Shown piece by piece: positions 42,824-54,053 of a stretch of DNA of 64,000 bases. This DNA comes from an uncultured delta proteobacterium (GTDB taxonomy: Bacteria; Myxococcota_A; Polyangia; Fen-1088), in the NCBI GenBank assembly GCA_963737265.1, contig CAVTRY010000015.1, forward strand, positions 32,001 through 96,000, in the 5' to 3' direction. Position 1 is the stretch's first letter. The number at the start of each line of letters is the position of its first letter. Under the pieces are notes generated by a model. That model ran no database searches. It had not been told where the DNA came from and was given only the letters and a program-made list of their open reading frames with translations. The translations under genes were made by a program, and so were the position numbers.

Positions 42824-45194
42824 GCGAGAAGTTGATGGTCGGCACCGGCTTGTCGAGTGCATAGAGCCAGGCATACGTGAGGTAGCTCGACAGCACGCGC
42901 TTGGTGTAGCCGCGGGTCTCGTCGAAGGGGATGGTTTCGATGAACTCGTCGAGCTCGACATCGCCGCGTTCGCGCAGCCAGCGATCCACGCCGCCCTCGC
43001 CGGCATTGTAGCCGCTGATCGCGAGCGGAACCGCACCCGCGTAGTGGTCGAGCAGGAAGGCCAGAAATCGCGAGCCGACCTCCAGGTTCTTTTCCGGGTT
43101 GAGCAGCGCCTCGCGCGTGACCGGCCACTTGGCGAAACGCTGGGCGGTTTTCGTCATCATCTGCGTCAGGCCGAGCGCGTTGGCGAAGGATTCGGCGCGC
43201 GGATAGAACGAGCTTTCTTCGCGCATGATCGCCCATTGCAAGGCCTCCGGGACCTTGTTGGCGTGGCTGTTCTTGGCCACCAGATCGGGGAATGCCTTGG
43301 GGTAGCCCAAGCGCCACTCGGCCTCGCGACGGCCGCCGTTGGGGTAGGAACGTCTGTAGGTCGTCAGCGTGTAACGAGGAATGGCATGGGATGCATTCCA
43401 CTGGCCGCTACGATCGAGCAGAATCGCGGTAATCCAATACACGTCTTCGCGTCCGCTCGAGATTGGGGCGTCGCCTTTGCCGGTCCCGACCCGCAGTCCA
43501 AGTCGGCCAAGCTCCCGGCGCGCCTCGGCGCCAAGCCCCATGCGCGCGAACTCCACGGCGCGCAAGAAGCCGGGCTCGCCGAAGATCGCCTGCTTGCCGA
43601 AGTCCCACGGCAACTTCTTGTCGCCATCGCCCATGTGCTTGCGCAATTCATGCAGCAGCGCCGTCCTCGCTTCGGGAAAGGTCTTGCGCATGCGTTCGAG
43701 CGCAAACAGCGTGTACACCGAGAGCGGATACTCGCGCACGGCGCGTTCGTAGGTTTCGCGCGCCTCCTTGCGCAGCTTCTTCTTCTCCAGCACGCGCGCC
43801 TTCCAATAAAGAGCACGGCCGTCGGCGTACCAGATGTCCTCGCGCGGATAGCGCCTCAAGATCTCGTCGAGCCAATGCAGGGTCTTGCCATCGTCGTGGG
43901 CGCGCCAGCTTGCCAGCGCCAGCCGCCACAGCGCTTCGGGCGCCATGTCGCCCTTGGGATAGACATCCGCCAGATCGCCGAGCAGCTTTTCGGCTTCGCC
44001 ATCCTTGCCGTTGTCGGTGTAGACCTCGGCGGCGCGCAGGCGGGCGTCGTCGGCCAGCCGGTGGTCGGAAAAGTCCTTCTCGATCTGGGCGTAGAGCGCG
44101 AGTGCCTTTTCCTTGTCGCCCGCGGACGCATACGAACGCGCGCTCTGGTAGAGCGAACGCACCACGAGGTCCGGGCTGCCGGCCGCGCGGCAGTCGGCGA
44201 TGGCCTGATCGAAGAGCGGGGCGGCGCGCGGTCGCTGGCGCTGTTTCCACACCGACTGGGCCAGGTGGAAGCGGAGCTTGCACTGGGTGATCTTGTCGAC
44301 GCCGGGCAGGGCGAGCGCGGCGGCGAAGGTGTTCTCGGCCTGCGTGTTTTGATTGCCGTCGAAGAAGATCATGCCGCGAGACAGAAGCTCGTCGACGGTG
44401 CGGCCGGCGATGGAATTGAGCTGGCTTGAGCTCGCGGTCTTGGCCATCTCTTCCAGCCGGTCGGCGGCGCGGGTGGCAAAGTTGTCGAGCGGGATCTCCG
44501 CCCACAGCTTGCGGTACGCCGCCGCTACTTCCTCCACCGGCCGTCCCAGCGCGGCCAGGGCTTCCGCCCTTTGAAACATGGCCTCGGCCCGGCGCGGCCC
44601 CTTGGGAAAGCGGGTGAGAAACGTGCTGACCTCGGTGTCGACTTCGGCCCAGCGTTTGGCGGCGACGAAGGCATCCACCTTGACCATCACCGCGTCCGCC
44701 TCGGGCACGCTTCCGGACGGCACGCGCGAAAGCCAGGTGAATGCGCCCTCGCTGTCACCGCGGCGCAGGCGGCAGCGGGCCGCATAGTAGGCGTGGTAGG
44801 GGGCGAGGAGCGGATAGCTCGACCACAGGTCTTCAAAGATGTCGCCGGCGGCTTGCCACGACGACTGGTTCATGAGAGCGAGCGCGAGCAGGAAGCGCAT
44901 GGGGTTGCGCTCCGTTGCCTGCTTGGATAGACCGGGCAGGATGCGACCCAGTGCCTGACTGGCCGACATGAAATCGCCGCTGCGGAAACGCTCGGCCGCC
45001 GCGTTGGCAGGACCGGAAGCGAAAAAGGGATCGAGCCACTTCTTGTCGAACGCAACCGGCACCGTTTTGGCCGCTGGAGTAGATTCGCCTGCGCTCGCCA
45101 CCTCGTTTTCCTCGGGATCCACGGCGTCGCCCGCGCGCGCCGAGGTTGGAATAAGCAGCGACGCCAACAAGGGAAGAAGCAGGGAAGGACGCAT
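42747..45194 (-). CDS. Soluble lytic transglycosylase with TPR repeats (Slt-like)
   Basis: Signal peptide; helical repeats; IMREESSF, ALGLTQMM, GYNAG, ETRGYTKRV. Confidence 0.9.
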   Translation of the reverse strand: MRPSLLLPLLASLLIPTSARAGDAVDPEENEVASAGESTPAAKTVPVAFDKKWLDPFFASGPANAAAERFRSGDFMSASQALGRILPGLSKQATERNPMRFLLALALMNQSSWQAAGDIFEDLWSSYPLLAPYHAYYAARCRLRRGDSEGAFTWLSRVPSGSVPEADAVMVKVDAFVAAKRWAEVDTEVSTFLTRFPKGPRRAEAMFQRAEALAALGRPVEEVAAAYRKLWAEIPLDNFATRAADRLEEMAKTASSSQLNSIAGRTVDELLSRGMIFFDGNQNTQAENTFAAALALPGVDKITQCKLRFHLAQSVWKQRQRPRAAPLFDQAIADCRAAGSPDLVVRSLYQSARSYASAGDKEKALALYAQIEKDFSDHRLADDARLRAAEVYTDNGKDGEAEKLLGDLADVYPKGDMAPEALWRLALASWRAHDDGKTLHWLDEILRRYPREDIWYADGRALYWKARVLEKKKLRKEARETYERAVREYPLSVYTLFALERMRKTFPEARTALLHELRKHMGDGDKKLPWDFGKQAIFGEPGFLRAVEFARMGLGAEARRELGRLGLRVGTGKGDAPISSGREDVYWITAILLDRSGQWNASHAIPRYTLTTYRRSYPNGGRREAEWRLGYPKAFPDLVAKNSHANKVPEALQWAIMREESSFYPRAESFANALGLTQMMTKTAQRFAKWPVTREALLNPEKNLEVGSRFLAFLLDHYAGAVPLAISGYNAGEGGVDRWLRERGDVELDEFIETIPFDETRGYTKRVLSSYLTYAWLYALDKPVPTINFSLTKPDGKKPTSPAKSATPTKNAKKK

Positions 45195-45439
45195 GGCTTG
45201 GGTCGAGAGTACGGAGCCCGCTCCGCCGCCGCAAGAAAGCGGGACATTCCTATTGGTCGCCGCGGCTGCCGGCAAAATCCGTGGGAAGGGAGCTCCGCCA
45301 GCGGAACCTAGAGACCGTCGTGGACGGTGATGCAGCGACGCGACGACCTATCGCCCTCCAATGCTGCGAAGATCGGATGTTCGCACTGGTCGGCGCGGTC
45401 CTCGACCGCCGGTCTGGACGACCTGGCTAAGCGGCGCGC

Positions 45440-47026
45440 TCAGTTGCAGGGCATGACGCGCGCCACGGTGATCGTGCTGAACGAGAAGGCGACGCCGGCC
45501 CAGGCCACGCTGCCGTCGGGGAAGGCCTTCCACGACTGCCACGGGTGGTCGGGCGCCGCGATCGTGAACTGCGAGCCGACCGTCGCGCCGGTAGTGGAAT
45601 CGTAGATCTGCGCGGCCTGGCCCGACCCCGAGCCCCAGGTCAGGAGCATCTTCCCGGTGCCGTACGAGACCAGGTGCGGGTTTTCGGTGTTCCCGGCCGT
45701 GACGACGGTCTGGTCGGACGGGCTCGTGCCGCTGAAGTGCTCAAGCTTGATCACCTTGCCCTGGCTCCACGCGGTCCAGTAACCGGTGTTGCCGGCCAGC
45801 ACGATGTCGCCGCCAAACAGCGTCCCATCGCACGTCCCGGTCGCCACCGTGTGGTAGCCGTTGGGCTGCGCGATCCGGCAGTTGTTGTCGGTCGCGCAGA
45901 CCATCACGAAGTGGCTGGTGCGCGGATCCCAGACCATCCGCGTCGTCCAGCTGTGGCTGCACCCGATCCCGAAGCTGTCGTGCCCGGTCAGCAGCGTCCC
46001 CGTCGGGCCGACCACCTCCATGCGATCGCCTTCGTGGATGTCGATCTTGCCCGCGCCGCCCGCGCACGAGCTGGTGCTGTTGGTGACGGTGATGGCGTCG
46101 CAGAAGTAGGCGGCGTAGTTGGTGCCGTCGGTGGCGAGGCGACCGTGGTGCTGGTACCACCAGACGAACTCCGTCGAGCCGTTGCTGCCGGAAGGACTGG
46201 CGTAGCCCGGATAGGTCGCGCTCGAGTTGGTCAGCTTCGTCGACCACTGCTCCTGACCCGCGCAGTCATAGCGGACCATATACGTGTCGTAGCAGCCGGG
46301 ACGGTCGGACGGCAGGCTGCAGAGGTTGTTCACGTCGCCGCAGTGTTGCGCGTCGACGGTGCTCTCACCGTCGCGCGTCAACACGACGACGCCGCCGTTG
46401 CCGTCGGCGGCCAGGTCCTGAAAGTCGTGGCCCGCGAACGTCCATGGCGTGCCGGTCAGCTGGTCGCTGCAGTTGAGCTCGCCGATATGCACCTGGCCCG
46501 CGGTGCTGCTGCCATAGTGCGAGTAGCCGCTCACCCACGAGATGCGCGAGCCACCGCCCGGCTCGGCTGCGATCGCCAGCGGCACGGCGTAGGTCTCGTC
46601 CGTCGAGTAGGCGACGGCGGCGCCGACGTTGACCGAGGTGACGAGCACCTGAGGCGACGAGCACGACCCCACCGTCGCGGCCGGGCAATTCCCCGGACAG
46701 TTGCCGACGGCGCCGCCTGCCCCACCCGTGGCCGTCGTCCCGCCCGTGGTCGTCGTCCCGCCCGTGGCCGTCGTCCCGCCGGTCCCGGTGCTGCCGACGG
46801 ATGCCTTGGTGCCGCCCGTCGCGATCGCGCCGCCGGTCCCCGTCGCGCCGCCCGACGCGGTCGCATCGCCGGTCCCTGTCGCGCCGCCCGACGCGGTCGT
46901 GCCGCCGGTTCCGGTCGTGCCAGACCCGCCGGTCCCGCCCGAGCCTTCCGACTTGGTGCAGGCGCCCGCAAGCACCAGGGTTCCTGCCAACAAAACGCCC
47001 CCGAGCCGGGTCCTTGATGAGGTCAT
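45440..47026 (-). CDS. Secreted lipoprotein with Gly/Thr repeat linker and Cys/His-rich domain of unknown function
   Basis: Lipobox LAGAC; (GGATGT)n linker; WWYQHHGR, DIHEGDR, GCSHSW. Confidence 0.75.
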   Translation of the reverse strand: MTSSRTRLGGVLLAGTLVLAGACTKSEGSGGTGGSGTTGTGGTTASGGATGTGDATASGGATGTGGAIATGGTKASVGSTGTGGTTATGGTTTTGGTTATGGAGGAVGNCPGNCPAATVGSCSSPQVLVTSVNVGAAVAYSTDETYAVPLAIAAEPGGGSRISWVSGYSHYGSSTAGQVHIGELNCSDQLTGTPWTFAGHDFQDLAADGNGGVVVLTRDGESTVDAQHCGDVNNLCSLPSDRPGCYDTYMVRYDCAGQEQWSTKLTNSSATYPGYASPSGSNGSTEFVWWYQHHGRLATDGTNYAAYFCDAITVTNSTSSCAGGAGKIDIHEGDRMEVVGPTGTLLTGHDSFGIGCSHSWTTRMVWDPRTSHFVMVCATDNNCRIAQPNGYHTVATGTCDGTLFGGDIVLAGNTGYWTAWSQGKVIKLEHFSGTSPSDQTVVTAGNTENPHLVSYGTGKMLLTWGSGSGQAAQIYDSTTGATVGSQFTIAAPDHPWQSWKAFPDGSVAWAGVAFSFSTITVARVMPCN

Positions 47027-47325
47027 CGGTCGCTCCAGTGACTACGTCCCATCGCCCATGGATAGTCTTTTCAAGCGCCACTTTGCTTTCAATGTCTGAT
47101 AGGCAGCATTACGTCAACTACAGAAACCTACACACCAATCTCCCTTAAGCTATCCCTATACCCTGGTGCGCGCAATAAGCAATAAGTACAGGGTATCGGG
47201 CTGCCGCTCGCGTCCGCCAGTTCCTTTCCTACAGTACACAAGAGCCAGTACACAAGAGCATGCAGGCGCAGTTACGTTCCACTGCTCCCCGTTGGGGCCG
47301 TAGCGATTCACGTGCTCGTGTGGGG

Positions 47326-47543
<218 letters not shown>

Positions 47544-47576
47544 CATTGGGCTTGACACCCAGCCCACGCCGGGAAA

Positions 47577-48325
47577 ATGATGGGAAGGAGAGAGAAGAAC
47601 AGCTTGAGTTGCCTGCGACGTCATTGGGGACAGCTCGGGACTCCGGTCTTGGCAACCCTGGCTCTTGCGGCATCGACGACCACTTGCACGAGCGCCATCA
47701 GCGTACCCAGCGGCCGCGATGCCGGTGTGGTCGATACCTTGCGCTCCGAAACGCAGGATGCGTCGGTCGCGATCGACCTGCCGCCCGCTCCAGCCGACTC
47801 CGGCGAGGCATCGGAAGCAAAGCCAGCCACCCAATGCGCGAACCAGGTGGTGAATTCCGATCTCTTTCCCGTGCGGGGAACAGTCCGTGGGCCAAGGGTC
47901 GATGGTGAGATCTGCGACAATGGGCTGGGAACGTTCTTCCTTGGTCCGGGTGACAACGATCCCACGGGAAATGGCGACCTCGCGCCCTACGAGCAGGACT
48001 ACTTCACGACGACGACCGTTCCGCCGGGCTCCAATGGCTCTGGAATCTATGGCTTTCTGCTTCACACGCCAGCAGACGCGCTTTCCGCCGACCTGTGGGG
48101 TTGGACGGGGGCGAGCGTTCCTAATGTGGGCACCTATGATTCCGCGATCAACTGCGGTCGGCTTGACTTCGACGTGACCTTGCCCGCTCCATCTGGCGTC
48201 GTCTGCAAGACTCTCTATGCACCCTGCGATCCCGGCTGCGGTCCCGGTGGGGGTGAGGATATGCCTATGTGCATGCCCGAGCATCCCATGCTGTGGTACG
48301 AGGCGAGGTCCACGGCAACATGTGG
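47577..48325 (+). pseudogene. Exported Cys-containing protein, apparently 3'-truncated
   Basis: Signal-like N-terminus and DAG/DAS linker; reads into the antisense of the phosphoesterase after ~48325. Confidence 0.45.
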
Positions 48326-48948
48326 GACACCTCGTCGAAGCCAGTGGGGCTCCAGGCGTAGACCAGTTGTGGCAGCGTACCTGCCGCCGCCATGGTCAGG
48401 AAATCCGCGGCCTGATAGAAATGGTTGGCCTCCGCGGTCGGGTGCAGCTCTCTGTAGAACTTGGTTGGATAGCCGTCTTGGGCCGGAAACGCAGCCCAGC
48501 TGATTCCTGCTCGCTCGGCGTGAAGGAAAATACTCGGGAGGTCCCAGGTCGGACCGCCGGTGCCAAACGGAGGATTCTTCAGCGTAGGCATCTGACCGCC
48601 CGCGGCCAACATGTGACCGGAGGTTGAATTAGAGCCCGCGCCGAAGTGATGATCGCAAAACGTGAAGGTCTTGGCCAACCACGAGTAGTATGGAATAACG
48701 GCGTCGCTATCCAGCGACAAGCTCACGGCCGGGTAATCGCCCATCTTGAAGTGAACCCAAGCGTTGCGGTCGTGAGGCTGGTCGAAATCTGGCGGCGCTG
48801 CCAGGAGCGAACCGTGCTTCTGAATCTCCGCCCCCCACGCCGCAAGCGTGGGAAAGTAGAAATCGGGGGTTTTGTTCTCCTGAAGGAACACGATCACGCG
48901 AAGGGCTGTCCCAGGCGCAGGCTTGGGTTTGGTCATGAGTTCGCGCAC
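48326..48948 (-). pseudogene. Phosphoesterase/phospholipase C family, 3'-truncated
   Basis: VIVFLQENKTPDFYF, FTFCDHHF, AAAGTLPQL; stops at GFDE where the family normally continues. Confidence 0.65.
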
Positions 48949-48949
48949 T

Positions 48950-49161
48950 CGCTGATCGTCGCCTCGACGAATGCTATCGAGAGCGACGATGCGAAATACC
49001 TATCGACGGAGCGGCAGATCCAGCAGCTTGCATCTCAGCGCGACGCACTCGTCCAGCGGATGAAGGATGTGCTCGATGGTTCTAACAGCTGGCACCGCGG
49101 GCAGCTTATCGGGGAAGGCCGCGAACTTCTCGCGGCGGCACTGGTTTTGGCCAGTTCATAG
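48950..49161 (+). pseudogene. C-terminal fragment of an unknown coiled-coil protein
   Basis: ASTNAIESDDAKYLSTERQIQQLASQRDAL... with no credible start. Confidence 0.3.
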
Positions 49162-49536
49162 CAACACCACCGACGCAAAGCCTGAGCAAGGGCCAGAGTA
49201 ACACCTGGCCCTTTCGTTTTTGGGTGACTGCAGAACCACTTCCTCAAGCCACTCACTGAATCGGGGCGGCGACGATCCCGACCGCGTCCACAGTCAAGGC
49301 CGCTCAGCACGGAATCGTGCTGGCCCTGTGACCACGAACCCCCTTCATCGCATGATTCACTTCTATCGGACGTCTGTACCGGACGGGAAGCCGTGCCTAC
49401 CTGAGAAGCGCAAATTAGTTGTTGTAGTGATCGGTCCACGACACCTTGCCGCGTTTCTTGTCCTCGACAGGCGGAAATGCATTTGCTACCGCCGCCACGA
49501 AGGTGGAGTTCTTGGTCAACATCACCCTGCGGGTTC

Positions 49537-51283
49537 CTAACGCCGCGCCAGCCGGCGCTGTTCGAGCAATTCCTCGATCTCGCTCGTCGAGCCCTTCGCC
49601 AGTGCCGCCGCTGCCAGCGCTTCGGCGTCGGCCAAGGTCACCGCGCGAATTGCGTTCTTGACCTCGAGCATCTCGCCGGCCGCCACGCTGAACTGGCGTA
49701 GCCCGAGCCCCAGCAGCAGCTCGGTGTACGCCGGATCGCCAGCCATTTCGCCACAAATCGTCAGCGGTCGGTCGGCGTCGCGCGCGGCATCGGCCACGAA
49801 GCGGATGACCCGTAGCACGGCCGGGTGCAGCGGTTGGTAGTAGTCGCCGAGGCTGTCGTTTTCTCTGTCCGCGGCAAGCACGTACTGCACGAGATCGTTC
49901 GTGCCCAGGCTGAAGAAGTCGAGCTCCTTGGCCAGCACCGCGGTCAACACCGCTGCCGATGGGACCTCGATCATGGCACCCAGCGGAACATTGGGATTGA
50001 AAGCCTTACCCTCGGCGCCAAGCTCGGCCATTGCCTGGGCGAGCACAGCGCGTGTCGCCCGCACCTCTTCGATCCCGCCCACGACTGGCAGTAGCACCGA
50101 CACCGGGTGCTCGGCGCTGACGCGCAAGAATGCGCGCAGCTGGCCCTTCAGCACGTCGGGATGCTTCAGCAGCAGGCGAATCCCGCGCCGCGCGAGCGAC
50201 GGGTTGCGCGCTGGCGGCAGTGGGAAATAGGAGAGCTGCTTGTCGCCGCCCACGTCGAGCAGGCGCAGCACGATCTTGCGCGGATGGATGCGCTCGGCGG
50301 CACGCTTCAAAAGCTGGTACTGCTCGTCTTCGCTGGGAAACGCACTGCGGATCGAGAACGCGAACTCCGTGCGATAGAGCCCGATCCCGTCGGCACGATA
50401 CAGGCAGGCCGCCTCGGTGTCAGAGACCTTGCTGGCGTTCGCGAGCAGGGGCACGGCGGTGCCGTCGAGCGTGACCGAAGGCAAATCGATGCCCTTCTGT
50501 AGTCCCGCGCGGTAACCGGACAGCTCGGACTCGAGTCTCTCGTACTCGCCGCGCACCGACTCGTCCGGGTTGACGAAGACGACGCCGGACACGCCGTCGA
50601 CGATCAAATGGTCGCCGGTTCTTATCTGGAGCGGAGCCTCGTGGATGCCGGACACCGCGGGGATGCGCGACGAGCGCGCGAGGATCGACGTGTGGGAAAA
50701 TTTGCCACCCCGATCCGTCACCAGCGCGCGCACACGACTGAGCTCGAAGCGCGCGGTCGCCGACGGCAGCAATTCGTCGGCCACCAGGACGGACCCCTCC
50801 GGGATGTTCGAGCACGCTCGATCCGTCATCCTTGGCCAGCGCCGCGAGAATGCGCCGACCGATGTCGCGAATGTCCGCCGAGCGTTCGCGCAGGTGGGGG
50901 TCCGACACCTGATCGAAGGCGCGGACGAACTTCTCGATCACGTCGGCCACGGCGGCCTCGACGTTGACCCGATTCTGCTGGACCGCGCTCACGACCTGTC
51001 TGTGTAGACTGTGATCGCGCACGACTAGCGCTTGCGCCGCGAAGATATCGCCCTCGCTCGTCCCGATGCGCAGAGCCACGTCCTCCCCCAGCGCGATCAG
51101 CTCGTTCTCCGCCGCCGCGAGCGCCACGTCGAAGCGCGCGAGCTCCGCGTCGATTTCGGCTGCGTCCACGCTCCGCCGCGCAACCAGCGTCTCGTCGACC
51201 GACGACAGCACGTAAGCCGCGCCGTGCGCGATGCCCGAGGAGACGGACATGCCTCGAATCATCGAGCTCTGCGAAGCTGCCAT
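49537..51283 (-). CDS. Phosphoenolpyruvate-protein phosphotransferase (PTS enzyme I, no GAF domain), frameshift near 50810-50825
   Basis: SHTSILAR phospho-His, [34 protein letters not shown]. Confidence 0.9.
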
Positions 51284-51357
51284 CGATGGTAGTTTCACAC
51301 GCGCGCTCGAAGGTCTGCAAGGAGCAACTTTTTCGGCCGCGATCCGAGAACCAGTGC

Positions 51358-52452
<1,095 letters not shown>

Positions 52453-52582
52453 GGCGGCTGGTCCCAAGGCTCGGCTTGCCACGAATCCGCTGTCGCCCGT
52501 CCGCCGATGGGGCTTTGCAAAGCGCGTTTGGTGTGGCATTGCTCTTGGCTCTGGTAAGCAGGAACGAACACGGAAGGGCGCC

Positions 52583-52924
52583 ATGGGCGAATTCACATTT
52601 CAGGGACAGGGAACGCTTTCACGTATCGACACCTTTACGTCGAAGGCCGGAAAAACGATTCTGACCCTCATTTTCGAGACACAAGGGCAGTATCCCCAGC
52701 TTGTGCCCATCAAGGTGTTCGGGAGGCTGGCCGAGCAGGCCGCAAGCTGGAAGCCTGGAACGGTGCTGTCGGTGAGCGGCCGACTGGGCGGTCGCGACTG
52801 GCAGGGCAAGGTCTACGGCGACAACGTGGCCAACACCATCGAGGTCGTCAGCGAAGGCGCCAAGGGCGGCGATGGCCCGCCCGACGACGACTCCGTCCGC
52901 AACACCGACGATATTCCGTTCTAG
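52583..52924 (+). CDS. Single-stranded DNA-binding protein-like (OB fold, DUF3127-like)
   Basis: QYPQLV, VSGRLGGRDWQGK, acidic DDIPF C-terminal tip. Confidence 0.75.
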   Translation: MGEFTFQGQGTLSRIDTFTSKAGKTILTLIFETQGQYPQLVPIKVFGRLAEQAASWKPGTVLSVSGRLGGRDWQGKVYGDNVANTIEVVSEGAKGGDGPPDDDSVRNTDDIPF

Positions 52925-52969
52925 AGCACAGAACAGGTTGACGGACCCTCAACCCGTTCTGTGCTCTAG
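52921..52969. terminator. Bidirectional hairpin joining two convergent stop codons
   Basis: CTAGAGCACAGAAC-AGGTTGA-CGGACCC-TCAACCC-GTTCTGTGCTCTAG (21-bp stem, one mismatch). Confidence 0.75.
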
Positions 52970-53964
52970 CGCGCGACCTGGACGAGAACCTTGCCCATCG
53001 GTCCCTCGTTAAGGCGGGAAAATGCGCCTTTGACGTCGGCGAACGGAAAGATCGAATCCACGACCGGACGCTGGTGGTCCGCATCGAGGCGGGCGACGAT
53101 CTGTTTCCAGGTGGCCTGCGCTTCGTCTGACGAATAGGTTGACACGGCCACGCCACCCACGCGATTTCTGCGGAAGAACAGCGTCGCGGTGTTGAATTCC
53201 GGCACCACGCCGCCGCTGCGGCCCACCACGCTGATGCGCCCGCCGTCACCGAGCATGGCCACGACATGGTTGAAGAGCGCGCCGCCGACGTTGTCGACGA
53301 CGAGATCCACGCGCTTGGGCGCGATGGCTGACAGTACGAGCTTGCGCAAGCCTTCTTCGGCTGGGTCGAAGACAAAATCGGCGCCGAGCTTTCTTAGCCG
53401 TGCGCCCTTCTGCGTGCTGCGTGACAGGCCGACGACGATGAGCCCCATCGACTTCCCGAGCAGCACCGCCGCGCAGCCGACACCGCCGGAGGCTCCAGTG
53501 ATGAGTAGAACGGAGCCCGCGGGTGGCGGGGCAGGGGGCGAGCGCCACTGGGTGAGCGCCTGCCATGCGGTCAGATAGACCAAGGGGGCGCCGGCGGATT
53601 CTTCGAGCGACCAGCCGGCAGGAACGGGAATGATGTGGGAAGCGTCGACGGCTGTCTTTTCCGCCAGCGTCCCCCAGGCATCGACACCGGTGTCGCCGCG
53701 AAGAATCCCGACGCTATCGCCGAGCTTGACGTGCGCTACGCGCGCGCCCAGGGCAACCACCGTTCCCACCCCGTCGCGGCCGAGGACGTGCGGCAATTGG
53801 GGCTTGGCGGGATACTGCGCCTGCGCGAGAAAAGCGTCGGCTGGGTTGAGCGCAGCGTAGATTGTCTCAATCACAACTTGGCCTGGACCTGGCTGCGGAT
53901 CGGGAACATTGCCCAGGCGCAGGTTTTCCACACCACTGTATGAGTCCATCAACCATGCACGCAT
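52966..53964 (-). CDS. MDR-family NADPH:quinone oxidoreductase-like protein
   Basis: ALNPAD, LGRDGVG, LTAW, TGASGGVG, GKVLV. Confidence 0.9.
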   Translation of the reverse strand: MRAWLMDSYSGVENLRLGNVPDPQPGPGQVVIETIYAALNPADAFLAQAQYPAKPQLPHVLGRDGVGTVVALGARVAHVKLGDSVGILRGDTGVDAWGTLAEKTAVDASHIIPVPAGWSLEESAGAPLVYLTAWQALTQWRSPPAPPPAGSVLLITGASGGVGCAAVLLGKSMGLIVVGLSRSTQKGARLRKLGADFVFDPAEEGLRKLVLSAIAPKRVDLVVDNVGGALFNHVVAMLGDGGRISVVGRSGGVVPEFNTATLFFRRNRVGGVAVSTYSSDEAQATWKQIVARLDADHQRPVVDSIFPFADVKGAFSRLNEGPMGKVLVQVAR

Positions 53965-54053
53965 TGGGTCTTTCCTTGGCGGACGACGAGTCAGCGAAGG
54001 CAGTCTAGCTCGGACATGAGCGGCGCGCCGGCAATGCGGCTAGAATCGACCGC

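Noticed and set aside
46730-46940. Tandem repeats as a possible CRISPR or non-coding array (also 61980-62310 and 59320-59900)
   Set aside because: They are in-frame Gly/Thr linkers or Cys-rich protein repeats without unique spacers, and no cas genes are present
52534-52550. Sigma54 promoter TGGCATTGCTCTTGGCT upstream of the SSB-like gene
   Set aside because: The -12 GC is one base off the strict GG-N10-GC spacing
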